64,000 bases of DNA from an uncultured delta proteobacterium (GTDB lineage: Bacteria; Desulfobacterota; Desulfuromonadia; Desulfuromonadales; JACZKF01), in assembly GCA_963816395.1 (NCBI GenBank), contig CAWFKQ010000016.1:480001-544000 (forward strand), written 5' to 3'. Shown in pieces: positions 32,085 through 42,562 of this stretch. How positions within the stretch are numbered: position 1 is the first letter of the stretch; every line of letters begins with the position of its first letter. The notes below the pieces were generated by a model. It was not told the DNA's origin. It was given only the letters and a program-made list of their open reading frames with translations, and ran no database searches. The position numbers were made by a program, and so were the translations under genes.

Positions 32085-33329
32085 ATGAAAAAGTTGCAAT
32101 CCCGTCTGGCGTTTCACTATGCCTGGGTTATCGTCGTGGTCGGCGTGCTGGCCATCTTCTCCTGTCTGGGACTGGCCCGCTTCGCCTTCGGCATGCTGCT
32201 GCCGGCCATGCGCTCCGGCCTTGCCCTGGGATACGACCAGATGGGCTACATCAGCACGGGGAATTTCGCCGGCTATCTCATCGCCGTCGCCCTGACGCCC
32301 CTGCTCATACGGCGGTTGAAAGCCCGCGCCCTTATCGTCGCCGGATTGTTGCTGATCGCCGTCTGCATGCTCGGCATCAGCTGGAGCCACGGCTTCTTCC
32401 TTGTGCTGGTTCTCTATTTCTGCGTCGGCCTGGGCAGCGGTTTCACCTATATCCCGGTCATGGTTCTGGTCTCCCACTGGTTCCGCCGGGATCGCCGGGG
32501 AAGGGCGGCGGGGCTGATGGTCACGGGCAGTGCCATCGGCATCATCTTCTCCGGCTTTCTCATCCCCCGCCTTAATCAGGCATTTGGGGCAGAGGGCTGG
32601 CGCACCGGTTGGCTCGTCCTGGGCCTCATTTCCCTTGGCTGTGCCGTTGCCGCCGCCGTTCTGGTGCGCAATGAGCCGGCAGATCTGGGGCTGCAGCCGT
32701 TCGGTGGCGGATCTATCCTGCCATCGACGCTGCCATCGGTGGCGATGGTACCGCGGGAACAACCCGGGGCCGCCCGGATTCTGCTGCAGTTGGGCCTGCT
32801 TTACCTGGCTTTCGGCGCCACCTACATGGTCTACGGCACATTCATCGTGACTACCATGGTGGTCGAATTCAAATTTCCGGAAGCCAAAGCCGGCATGTTC
32901 TGGTCCTGGGTCGGCTTCTTCGGCCTGTTCTCCGGGGTGCTGTTCGGAACGATCTCCGACCGGATCGGCCGCAAGGGGGGGCTGATGCTGGTGTTTGCCG
33001 TGCAGACCACCGCCTACCTGCTGGCCGGATCGGGATTCGGCACAGCGGCTCTGCTGCTTTCCGTGTTTCTGTACGGTATAGCGGCCTTTGCCATCCCGGC
33101 CATCATGGCCGTGGCGGTCGGCGATTACCTGGGGTTGAACCGGGCCGCGGCCGCCTTCTCCACCATTACCTTTTTTTTCGCCATCGGCCAGACGATCGGT
33201 CCCGGCACCGCCGGGGTTATCGCCGAGACCAGCGGAACCTTCACCACCAGCTATCTGGCCTCGGCCGCTTTGACCGGCGGCGCCCTGCTGCTGGCAGCCT
33301 TTCTGCCCAGGCCGGAAGCGGTGGATTGA
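32085..33329 (+). CDS. MFS transporter (YbfB/YjiJ-like)
   Basis: About 12 TM segments, GLARFAFG, ISDRIGRK. Confidence 0.9.
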   Translation: MKKLQSRLAFHYAWVIVVVGVLAIFSCLGLARFAFGMLLPAMRSGLALGYDQMGYISTGNFAGYLIAVALTPLLIRRLKARALIVAGLLLIAVCMLGISWSHGFFLVLVLYFCVGLGSGFTYIPVMVLVSHWFRRDRRGRAAGLMVTGSAIGIIFSGFLIPRLNQAFGAEGWRTGWLVLGLISLGCAVAAAVLVRNEPADLGLQPFGGGSILPSTLPSVAMVPREQPGAARILLQLGLLYLAFGATYMVYGTFIVTTMVVEFKFPEAKAGMFWSWVGFFGLFSGVLFGTISDRIGRKGGLMLVFAVQTTAYLLAGSGFGTAALLLSVFLYGIAAFAIPAIMAVAVGDYLGLNRAAAAFSTITFFFAIGQTIGPGTAGVIAETSGTFTTSYLASAALTGGALLLAAFLPRPEAVD

Positions 33330-33420
33330 GGGTGGCGATGCAGATGGAAGAAAATCTTGATATTCAACACAGTCCAACATATGCCTGCGGCACACCCGAA
33401 GACAATGAAAACCAGGATCT

Positions 33421-33524
33421 TAACGCTAAGGCGCAAAGGGAAATGAAAGTCGCAAAGGATGTAAAGCGAACAGTCTTACGGATTTTCTCTGCGCCTTGGT
33501 CCTCAGCTTTGAGTCTTTGCGTTA
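33421..33524. repeat. Degenerate REP-like inverted repeat built from CGCAAAG/CTTTGCG units
   Basis: TAACGCTAAGGCGCAAAG...CTTTGAGTCTTTGCGTTA. Confidence 0.45.
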
Positions 33525-33667
33525 TCCGTTAAGCTGAGAGCTGTGGAGGGAAAATTGGCTTATGAAAAAGCCTCTGCGCCTCGGCATTAAAAACGTTTTT
33601 GCCCTCAGCGTTCGGAGCCGCAGGCCAATTTTTGACTCTATTCTCAAAACAAATAAGGAAAAATAAG

Positions 33668-34510
33668 ATGCGCTTTAGCGGAACCGACACCTACGTAGCG
33701 ACCGAAGACCTGAATCTGGCGGTGAACGCCGCCATCACCCTGGGCCGTCCCCTGCTGATCAAGGGAGAGCCGGGAACCGGCAAAACCATGCTGGCCGAGG
33801 AGGTGGCCCGGGGACTGGACATGCCGCTTTTCCAGTGGCATGTCAAGTCGACTACCAAGGCCAACCAGGGGCTGTACGAGTACGATGCCGTCTCCCGGCT
33901 GCGGGACTCCCAGCTTGGCGACGAACGGGTCCATGACATCGCCAACTACATCGTCAAGGGGAAGCTGTGGGAGGCCTTCGACTCGGAGCGACGGGCGGTT
34001 CTGCTCATCGATGAGATCGACAAGGCCGACATCGAGTTCCCCAATGACCTGCTCCAGGAACTCGACCGGATGGAGTTCTACGTCTATGAGACCCGGCAAC
34101 TGGTCACCGCCAGGCACCGGCCGGTGATCATCATCACCAGCAACAACGAAAAGGAGCTGCCCGACGCCTTCCTGCGCCGCTGCTTTTTCCACTACATCCG
34201 TTTCCCCGATGCCGAGACGATGGAGCGGATCATTGAGGTGCACTATCCCGGGATCAAAAAGTCGCTGCTGAAAAATGCCCTGGAGGCGTTCTTCGGCATG
34301 CGGGAGGTTCCTGGCCTGAAGAAGAAACCCTCCACCTCCGAACTCCTCGACTGGCTCAAGCTGCTGGTTGCCGAGGATGTTCCGGTCGAGGCCCTGCGCA
34401 GCGACCGGGCCGGCAAGGTGATTCCGCCCCTGCATGGCGCCCTGCTGAAGAACGAGCAGGACCTGGCCCTCTTTGACCGCCTGGCCGGCATGGCCCGTCG
34501 CGGCCGCTGA
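33668..34510 (+). CDS. MoxR-family AAA+ ATPase (CoxD-like)
   Basis: GEPGTGKT, LIDEIDKAD, LPDAFLRRC. Confidence 0.93.
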   Translation: MRFSGTDTYVATEDLNLAVNAAITLGRPLLIKGEPGTGKTMLAEEVARGLDMPLFQWHVKSTTKANQGLYEYDAVSRLRDSQLGDERVHDIANYIVKGKLWEAFDSERRAVLLIDEIDKADIEFPNDLLQELDRMEFYVYETRQLVTARHRPVIIITSNNEKELPDAFLRRCFFHYIRFPDAETMERIIEVHYPGIKKSLLKNALEAFFGMREVPGLKKKPSTSELLDWLKLLVAEDVPVEALRSDRAGKVIPPLHGALLKNEQDLALFDRLAGMARRGR

Positions 34511-34521
34511 GCGGCAGACCC

Positions 34522-35700
34522 ATGCTGGTCGAGTTTTTCATGCAGTTGAAGCGGGCCGGGATCCCGGTAACCATCCGGGAGTTTTTGAGCCTGCTCGAGG
34601 CGCTGGACAAGGAGGTGGTCTGGGGCAGCGCCGAGGATTTCTACTGCCTGGCCCGCCTCTGTCTGGTCAAGGATGAAACCCACTTCGATAAGTTCGACCG
34701 CGTTTTCGCCCATTATTTCAAGGGCGCGGCCGAACTGGAGGAGGAGCTGCAGGCGCACATCCCCGAGGAGTGGCTGCGCCGGCTCAGTGAACTGGTTCTT
34801 TCCGAGGAGGAAAAGGCCCGGGTCGAAGCGCTGGGCGGCTTCCAGAAGTTGATGGAGGAGCTGCGCAAGCGCCTGGCCGAGCAGCAGGAAAGGCACCAGG
34901 GAGGGAACAAATGGATCGGCACCGGCGGCCGCTCCCCCTTCGGCGCCTACGGCTATAACCCCGAGGGGGTGCGGATCGGCCAGGACCACTCCCGCCACCG
35001 CCGGGCGGTGAAGGTCTGGGATCGTCGCGAATTCAGGAATCTCGACGGTTCAGTGGAGCTGGGTACCCGCAACATCAAGGTGGCGCTGCGCCGCTTGCGC
35101 CGCTTCGCCCGTGAAGGGGCGCCGGAGGTTCTCGATCTGCCCGGCACCATTCGCGCCACCGCCAACAATGCCGGCCACCTCGACCTCAAGATGGTCCCCC
35201 AGCTCCACAACCGGGTCAAGGTGCTGCTCTTTCTCGATGTCGGCGGTTCCATGGATGACCACGTCCGGATCTGCGAGGAACTCTTCTCCGCTGCCCGCAG
35301 CGAGTTCAAATATCTCGAATATTTCTATTTCCACAACTTTCTCTACGAAAGCGTGTGGCGGGATAACCAGCGCTACCGGGCAGAACGCACCGATCTCTGG
35401 GAAGTGCTCCATACCTACGGACCCGACTACAAGCTGATTTTCGTCGGCGATGCCTCCATGAGCCCCTATGAGATCTCCGAGATCGGCGGCAGTGTCGAGC
35501 ATTATAATCCGGAGCCGGGGTACATCTGGGGGCAACGCCTCCTCGAGGCCTACCGGCACGCCGTCTGGTTCAACCCGGTCCCGCAGCATCAGTGGCCCCA
35601 TACCCATTCGATCGGGATGGTGGAACAGCTCATGGGGGGACGGATGTTTCCCCTCACCCTCCACGGGCTCGACGAGGGGATCCGCCTGCTGCGGCGGTAG
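34522..35700 (+). CDS. VWA-domain protein (CoxE-like MoxR partner)
   Basis: DVGGSM MIDAS-like motif, VGDASM. Confidence 0.88.
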   Translation: MLVEFFMQLKRAGIPVTIREFLSLLEALDKEVVWGSAEDFYCLARLCLVKDETHFDKFDRVFAHYFKGAAELEEELQAHIPEEWLRRLSELVLSEEEKARVEALGGFQKLMEELRKRLAEQQERHQGGNKWIGTGGRSPFGAYGYNPEGVRIGQDHSRHRRAVKVWDRREFRNLDGSVELGTRNIKVALRRLRRFAREGAPEVLDLPGTIRATANNAGHLDLKMVPQLHNRVKVLLFLDVGGSMDDHVRICEELFSAARSEFKYLEYFYFHNFLYESVWRDNQRYRAERTDLWEVLHTYGPDYKLIFVGDASMSPYEISEIGGSVEHYNPEPGYIWGQRLLEAYRHAVWFNPVPQHQWPHTHSIGMVEQLMGGRMFPLTLHGLDEGIRLLRR

Positions 35701-35746
35701 CTTCCCGTCCTGACCGGCCGTCGCATACTCACCGCGAGAGGAACCC

Positions 35747-36634
35747 GTGTGGAATCTTGAAAGCCTGGATTACGAGGGCGCCATCTACCGCCCCCCGAGC
35801 GAAGCCCGCTCCATTATCCTGCAGGCCACCGTCGGCTGCTCCCACAACCGCTGCAGCTTCTGCGCCAGCTACCAGGGCAAGCAATTCCGGATCAAGGACC
35901 GGACGACCATTGAAGCGGATCTGCGCAAGGCCGCCCGGCTCTACCCGGCCGCCAGGCGGCTCTTTGTCGCCGACGGCGACGCCATGGTCCTGCCGATGCC
36001 CGAATGGCGCTGGCTCCTGCCGGCGATCCGGGAGCATCTGCCGGGGGTGGAGCGGGTAGGGGTGTACGCCACCGGGCGCAGCATCCGCAGGAAAAGCGCT
36101 GAAGATCTTCAATGGCTGCGTGAACATGGCCTCGGCATCGTCTATCTGGGTGTCGAAAGCGGCGATCGGCAAACCCTCGCCTACATCCAGAAAGATTCGA
36201 CAGCCGTGCAACTGCTGGAGGCCGGTCGGAAAGTCAAGGCTGCCGGCCTTGGGTTGTCGGTGACGGTGCTGCTCGGCGTCGCCCCACCCGGGCGCAGCCT
36301 GGCGCACGGCAGGGCGACCGGGAGGCTGCTGACGGCCATGGACCCGGACTATGTTGGAGCCCTTTCGGTCATCGTCTGTCCGGGGACCGAGCTGGCCGAG
36401 CGGGTAGAACGGGGCGAGCACGAGGTGCCGACACCAGTCGATCTCCTGCGGGAGCTGCGGGAGATGCTCGCCCATACCGAATTGTCGGAGGGGTTGTTCA
36501 TGGCCAATCACGCCTCCAACTACCTGCCCCTCAAGGTGGAGATGCCCCGGGGGAAGAAACAGGCCCTGACTCTCCTCGACGCCGCCGTCGACGGCCAACT
36601 CCCTCTTCGGGATGAATCCTTCCGGGCACTGTAG
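35747..36634 (+). CDS. Radical SAM protein
   Basis: CSHNRCSFC motif, YRPPSEA N-terminus. Confidence 0.9.
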   Translation: MWNLESLDYEGAIYRPPSEARSIILQATVGCSHNRCSFCASYQGKQFRIKDRTTIEADLRKAARLYPAARRLFVADGDAMVLPMPEWRWLLPAIREHLPGVERVGVYATGRSIRRKSAEDLQWLREHGLGIVYLGVESGDRQTLAYIQKDSTAVQLLEAGRKVKAAGLGLSVTVLLGVAPPGRSLAHGRATGRLLTAMDPDYVGALSVIVCPGTELAERVERGEHEVPTPVDLLRELREMLAHTELSEGLFMANHASNYLPLKVEMPRGKKQALTLLDAAVDGQLPLRDESFRAL

Positions 36635-36659
36635 ATCCTCTCCTGCTCCGAAATCTATT

Positions 36660-36673
36660 TTGACATGCGTCAA
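36660..36673. promoter_or_regulatory. Crp/Fnr-family (HcpR-type) binding site
   Basis: TTGAC-atgc-GTCAA palindrome 140 bp upstream of ric. Confidence 0.65.
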
Positions 36674-36812
36674 GGCGGCCGACCCGGTTTGCAGCATAGA
36701 CTGCCTGTAGGTCAGTGCGGCCTCCCGGGGGGCTCCGCCGAAAGAAGCGGATGGGGATCCGCCGGCTCGGCGGAATCAATGACTGCAAGGACGCTGCGAA
36801 AGGAGAGGAAAC

Positions 36813-37484
36813 ATGACCATCAGTGCGAATACCACGGTCGGCCGGATCGCTGCGGAGCATCCCCGCGCGACGAGAATTTTTGACCGCTTCGGAATTGATT
36901 ACTGCTGTGGCGGCAGCCGGCCGCTCGCGGCGGTCTGCCGAGAGTACGGAGTGGAGGCGGCGGCGGTTCTGCAGGCGATCGAGGAGGAACTGGCCGCTGC
37001 AGGCGCTGCCGGTGAATGCTGGGACCAGGCGCCCCTGGGGGATCTGGTCATCCACATCATTGCCGCCTATCACCGGCCTCTGGAGGCGGAACTGCCGCGC
37101 CTGGAAGCGATGGCCCGCAAGGTCCTCGAGGTGCATCGGGAAAAACAGCCGGAAATGCTCGCCGAGCTGCTCGCGGTCTTCCGCGGGTTGAAAACGGAGC
37201 TGGAGGATCACCTGGCCAAGGAGGAGCAGATCCTTTTTCCAATGATCCGCAAGGGAGAGGGAATGCTGGCGGACGGTCCCATTGCCATCATGGAACAGGA
37301 GCACGAGGCAGCGGGGGCGGCGCTGCGCCGCCTGCGGGAGTTGACCGGCGGCTTTCAGGTCCCCGAGGAGGCCTGCAACACCTGGCGCGCGCTCTGGCAC
37401 GGCCTCGCCTGTCTGGAGGAGGCGCTGCACCAGCACATCCACCTGGAAAACAACATTCTTTTCCCGCGCGCCCTGGAAGAGTAA
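36813..37484 (+). CDS. ric: Iron-sulfur cluster repair di-iron protein
   Basis: IDYCCGG, HLAKEEQILFP, HIHLENNILFP. Confidence 0.95.
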   Translation: MTISANTTVGRIAAEHPRATRIFDRFGIDYCCGGSRPLAAVCREYGVEAAAVLQAIEEELAAAGAAGECWDQAPLGDLVIHIIAAYHRPLEAELPRLEAMARKVLEVHREKQPEMLAELLAVFRGLKTELEDHLAKEEQILFPMIRKGEGMLADGPIAIMEQEHEAAGAALRRLRELTGGFQVPEEACNTWRALWHGLACLEEALHQHIHLENNILFPRALEE

Positions 37485-37584
37485 GCCTTCGCTGTCCCAC
37501 CAGTAAATCCTCCCGACCCACCCGCAACGCGGTGGGCAGCCGAAGATGCTCACCCGCTGTGGTCGGGAGAATATCTTCCGGCAC

Positions 37585-37600
37585 TTCATCAAATGATGAA
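37585..37600. promoter_or_regulatory. Upstream activator site of XylR/DmpR type
   Basis: Palindrome TTCATCA-aa-TGATGAA about 190 bp upstream of the sigma54 promoter. Confidence 0.65.
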
Positions 37601-37788
37601 ATTACCCGACTCGCTGGTCCAAAAAATTACGAAATAATCAATAGCCGCCCGCCCGCCGCCACTTTGCCGTGGCTCACCTGCAGCAATTTCAGAATTCCAT
37701 CCCCTCCTCTTAATGCCCCGAAATGTCTGGCCAAAGCCCTCTTCTCCGGCCAGCGTCAGTGATTCGCTTCTAAAAAAATAACATTGTT

Positions 37789-37804
37789 TGGCACATCTGG
37801 TGCT
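37789..37804 (+). promoter_or_regulatory. sigma54 promoter of the pps/ppc operon
   Basis: TGGCAC-atctg-GTGCT. Confidence 0.75.
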
Positions 37805-37951
37805 TTGTTTATCGGTGACCCCGATGGGGCTGCCAGCAACCGACTTCCAGGCCTTCGCAGGAAAAATAACTTTGTTCTGGAAAATCAAGCTGCACTGAGG
37901 CGAACCACACCATCATCCTGCTTATCCATCATCAGAAAAGGGGGAGACCAA

Positions 37952-39787
37952 ATGAAGTTTCCGAAACCGCACGATTTCAAGGACATTCCCGGAACCGAAG
38001 GCTGGCAGCGGATGTATCCCTACCAGTACCAGTTCTCGACCGACGATCCGGAGCGCAAGGATTACGAGGCGCAGTCGTTCTGGTTCTATGATGGTCTCCA
38101 CTATCCCGAACCACTCTACCCCTTCGACACCATTTGGGATGAAGCCTGGTATCTCGCCCTGTCGCAGTACAACAACCGCATCTTCCAGGTGCCGCCGGTG
38201 CGGGGAGTCGATCACCGCATCGTCAACGGCTATGTCTATATCTCTCCGGTGCCGGTGACGGACCCCGAAGAGATCGGCAAACGAATCCCCAATTTCCAGG
38301 AACGTGCCGGCTATTACTATAAGAACTGGGATGAGCTGGAAGCCAGATGGAAAGTCAAAACCGAGGCCACCATCAAGGAACTGGCTGACCTGCAGATTCC
38401 GCGCCTGCCCGAACTCGAGGACCTCAGCGTGGTGACCGATGCGGTCGGCGAGTCCAAGGGGTACCACCTGATCAAGGCTTATGACGATCTGATCAATCTC
38501 GGCATCAAATGCTGGCAGTACCACTTCGAATTTCTCAATCTCGGCTACGCCGCCTACGTTTTCTTTCTCGATTTCGCCCAGAAGCAGTTCCCGAGCATTC
38601 CGCTGCAGCGGGTGACGCAGATGATTTCCGGCATCGACGTGCATCATGTTCCGCTCCGACGATGAGCTGAAGAAGCTGGCGCGCAAGGGCGATCGAGCTG
38701 GGGGTCGAGCAGGCGATCGCCGCCAGTCAGGAGTGGGCCCAGGGTCGAGGCAGCGCTCAAGGAGCTGCCCAGGGGAGCAGGAATGGCTCGCGGACTTCGA
38801 AAAAGCCCGCTACCCCTGGTTCTACATCTCTTCGGGCACCGGCTGGTCGCATAACGACCGCTGCTGGAACGATGATCTGAATATCCCGCTGATCGGGGAT
38901 CGCCACCTATATCCAGAAAATCAAGCAGGGCGCCGACATCGAGCGCCCCCTGGAGCAGGTGCGTGCCGAACGCAACCGCATCATCGAGGAGTATCGCTCC
39001 CTGATCGCGACAGAGCAGGACCGCAAGACCTTCGATGATCTGCTGAATACCGCCAAGACGGTCTTCCCCTATGTGGAGAACCATCTCTTCTACGTCGAGC
39101 ACTGGTTCCACTCGGTCTTCTGGGGGAAGATCCGCGAAGTCGGAGCGATCATGCAGGAGCATGGCCTCATCAAGGAGGTCGAGGACATCTGGTATCTGCG
39201 CCGCGACGAGATCAAACAGGGACTCTGGGACGTCGTCACCGCCTGGGCCACCGGGGTCAAGCCGCGCGGCACGGCGGTGTGGCCGCCGGAGATCGCCTGG
39301 CGCAAAGAGGTCATGCAGAAGTTCCGCGACTGGAGTGCGCCCCCCGCCCTCGGCACCGCCCCGGAGGTCATCCAGGAGCCCTTCACCATCGTCCTCTGGG
39401 GGGTGACCAACAGCTCCCTGGCCGACTGGTCGGCGGTTCAGGAGGTCCACGGATCCCGAGAGCATCAGCGAATTGAAGGGATTCGCCGGCAGCCCCGGCA
39501 TTGTCGAGGGGCGCGCTCGGGTCTGCCGCAGTGCCTCGGAGATCAGGGAGCTGCAGGAGGGGGAGATTCTGGTTTCGCCCACCACCTCACCGTCCTGGGC
39601 GCCGGCGTTTGCCAAGATCAAGGCCTGCGTCACCGATGTGGGCGGCATCATGAGCCATGCAGCGATCGTCTGCCGTGAATACGGCATGCCGGCGGTCGTC
39701 GGTACCGGCCATGCGACGAAAATCATCAAGACCGGCATGCTGCTGCGCGTGGACGGCTCGTCGGGCATGGTTTCCATTGAACGCTGA
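37952..39787 (+). CDS. ppsA: Phenylphosphate synthase alpha (phospho-His) subunit, several frameshifts
   Basis: GTEGWQRMYPY, FPYVENHLFYVEHW, GGIMSHAAIVCREYG across four fragments. Confidence 0.88.
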
Positions 39788-39804
39788 ACAAAATGGAGAA
39801 GACC

Positions 39805-40911
39805 ATGAAAACGAATGCATCGGTTCCGGCCAATCCTGACCTGCCTCTGGTCTGCTGGCTCGAGGACTGTCGGAAAGATTCGATCCCCCTGGTCGGGGGG
39901 AAATGCTCTTCCCTCGGCGAACTGATCAACGCCGGGGTGCGGGTTCCCCCGGGGTTCGCCCTGACCACCGAAGGTTATCGGCGCTACATGGCCGAGGCCG
40001 GGATAAGCCGGGAAATCCAGTCCTTGCTGAACGGTCTCGATCCCCAGGATATGGAAGCTCTGGAGAAGGCCAGCGAGACGATTCGCCGAATGATCGAGAG
40101 CCAGCCCTTCTCCACGGAAATGGAGGACATGGTCGCCGAATTCTACCGCAAACTCTCGGTGCGCTGCTGTCTGCCGGCGGCGCCGGTGGCGGTCCGCTCG
40201 AGCGCCACTGCCGAGGACCTGCCCGGCGCGAGCTTCGCCGGCCAGCAGGATACCTTTCTCTGGATTCGCGGCGCGGAGGAGGTGCTGCACCACATCCGCC
40301 GCTGCATCTCCAGCCTGTATACCGGGCGGGCCATCGCCTACCGAGCCAACCAGCGCTTCGACGATGAACATATGGCGATCAGCGTCGGCGTGCAGAAAAT
40401 GGCCAACTCCTTTACCGCAGGGGTGATGTTCACCCTGCATCCCGGCAACGGCGATCGATCGGTGATCGTCATCGACTCCAACTACGGCTTCGGCGAATCG
40501 GTGGTCTCAGGCGAGGTGACGCCTGACAATTTCGTGGTGAACAAGGTGACGCTGGATATTCTCGAGCGGACCATCTCACAGAAGGACATCTATTACACCG
40601 TCGATACCAAGACGCAGGTCAACCGGGCCATCGAGGTGCCCCCCGAACGGCAGAAGGTGCAGTCGCTGATGGATGACGAAATCACCGCCCTGGCCTGGAT
40701 GGGCAAGCAGATCGAGAAGCATTACGGCCGGCCCATGGACATCGAGTGGGCGGTGGACAAGGACCTGCCGTTCGGCGGCAACATTTTCATCCTGCAGGCA
40801 CGCCCGGAGACGGTGTGGAGCGAAAAGCAGAAACCGGCCGTAGCGGGCGCGGGGGCATCGGCCATGGATTACATTCTCTCCAGCATGCTGCTGGGGAAGC
40901 GGCTGACATAG
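39805..40911 (+). CDS. ppsB: Phenylphosphate synthase beta (ATP-binding) subunit
   Basis: VGGKCSSLGEL, VAVRSSATAED, FAGQQDT, LQARPETVW; PEP-synthase N-domain only. Confidence 0.92.
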   Translation: MKTNASVPANPDLPLVCWLEDCRKDSIPLVGGKCSSLGELINAGVRVPPGFALTTEGYRRYMAEAGISREIQSLLNGLDPQDMEALEKASETIRRMIESQPFSTEMEDMVAEFYRKLSVRCCLPAAPVAVRSSATAEDLPGASFAGQQDTFLWIRGAEEVLHHIRRCISSLYTGRAIAYRANQRFDDEHMAISVGVQKMANSFTAGVMFTLHPGNGDRSVIVIDSNYGFGESVVSGEVTPDNFVVNKVTLDILERTISQKDIYYTVDTKTQVNRAIEVPPERQKVQSLMDDEITALAWMGKQIEKHYGRPMDIEWAVDKDLPFGGNIFILQARPETVWSEKQKPAVAGAGASAMDYILSSMLLGKRLT

Positions 40912-40971
40912 AAATATCCCCAAAAGGCAGCGGTTCATTCAACTAAAAAACCAACAGAACAAGGAGACGTC

Positions 40972-42495
40972 ATGAGCGGAGCGACCAAATTGAAACCCGT
41001 CGAGGCTGTACAACCGATCAAGGATCTTCGCACCTATATCGCATGCCCTCGAGGCGCATGGAGAATTGCACCGCATTAAAACCGAAGTGGACTGGAAGTA
41101 CGAACTCTGCCACGTTTCGAAGGTGAACGAGGAGCAGAAGGGCCCGGCCCTGCTCTACGAAAACGTGAAAGGGCATAGCATACCCGGTCTTCACCAGCGC
41201 CTTCACCACGCGCGAAGCGGATTGCCATCTGCCTGGAGCAGGATCCGTCGCTGTCCATGTGCCAGCTGTCCCGGAAATGGATGGAGCTGACCACCAAGCA
41301 GATGATCAAGCCCCAATTCGTCGACAACCCGCCGGTGATGGAGAACGTCATGGAGGGCGATGCCGTCGACCTCGACCAATTTCCCTCTCCCTGTTTTTAT
41401 CCCGACGACGGCGGCCGTTTCTTCGGCACCTCGGCCTACCTGGTGACCCAGGATCCGGACACCGGCTGGACCAATCTCGGCACCTACCGCGCTCAGGTGC
41501 TGGGCAAAAACATCCTCGGCTCGCAGATCATCAAAGGGAAGCACGGCGAATTTCACATGAAGAAATACCAGGAGCGCGGCGAGCTGATGCCCGCCGCCTA
41601 TGTGGTCGGCTGCGATCCGGTGCTCTTTCTCGCCAGCTCCACCCTGGTCAGCGCCCAGACGGACGAATACGACGTGGCCGGCGCGCTGCGTGGCCGCCCG
41701 GTCGAGGTGTTCAAATCCGATCTGACCGGGCTCACCTATCCGGCCAACGCCGAGATCATCGCCGAGGGGTTCATCGATCCGAATGAGCTGATGGATGAAG
41801 GGCCGTTCGGCGAATACACCGGCTATTACTCCGGCAACAAGGGGAAGGACTATCCCAAGCCGGTCCTGCGCGTGAAGCGCATCCTGTATCGCAATAAGCC
41901 GATCTTCTGGGCGACCACGGTCGGCAAGCCGATCAACGATATCCATATGATCCAATCGCTCAACCGGACCGCGCAGCTGTGGCACGACCTGGAGACCATG
42001 AAGCTCCCCGGCATCCAGAGCGTCTATTTCCCGGCGGCGGCGACCGGCCGGTTCTGGGTCGTCGTCTCGGTAAAACAGATGTACCCGGGGCACTCGAACC
42101 AGGTCGCCGATGCGGTGAACGGCAGCACCACCGGCCACTACGGCGTCAAGGGGATTATCGTGGTGGATCACGATATTGCCGCCGACGACATGGATCGGGT
42201 CTGGTGGGCGCTCGCCACCCGCTTCGATCCCAAGCGTTCGGTCCAGGTGATCACCCGCGGCCGCTCTACACCGCTCGACCCGGGTCTGCCGATCGAGGCC
42301 CGCGAGGTGGTGAGCCGCGTCATTCTCGATGCCTGCACCCCCTTCGAATGGGCCAACAAGCCGAACGAGATCTTCATGGACCGGGCGGTGCTGCAGAAGG
42401 TCTCCGACCGTTGGAACGAGTACGGTTTTGACGGGGGGAGCCCGGTGGCCGAAATGATTCCGCGGCTGACCCGGCCCGAAATGAAGAAGAAGTGA
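40972..42495 (+). CDS. ppcB: UbiD-family phenylphosphate carboxylase beta-like subunit, frameshifts near 41045 and 41185-41220
   Basis: WTNLGTYR, EGPFGEYTGYY, RGRSTPLDP; follows ppsAB. Confidence 0.85.
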
Positions 42496-42562
42496 ACGGA
42501 TAAAAAGCGGCAGGCGGCTTCAGGGCCGCCTGCCGGCCGCAGCCACCGAGGAGGAGCTTAAA

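Noticed and set aside
39805..40911. Truncated PEP synthase pseudogene
   Set aside because: The split ATP-binding and phospho-His subunits, with CBS and UbiD neighbours, are the normal Pps architecture
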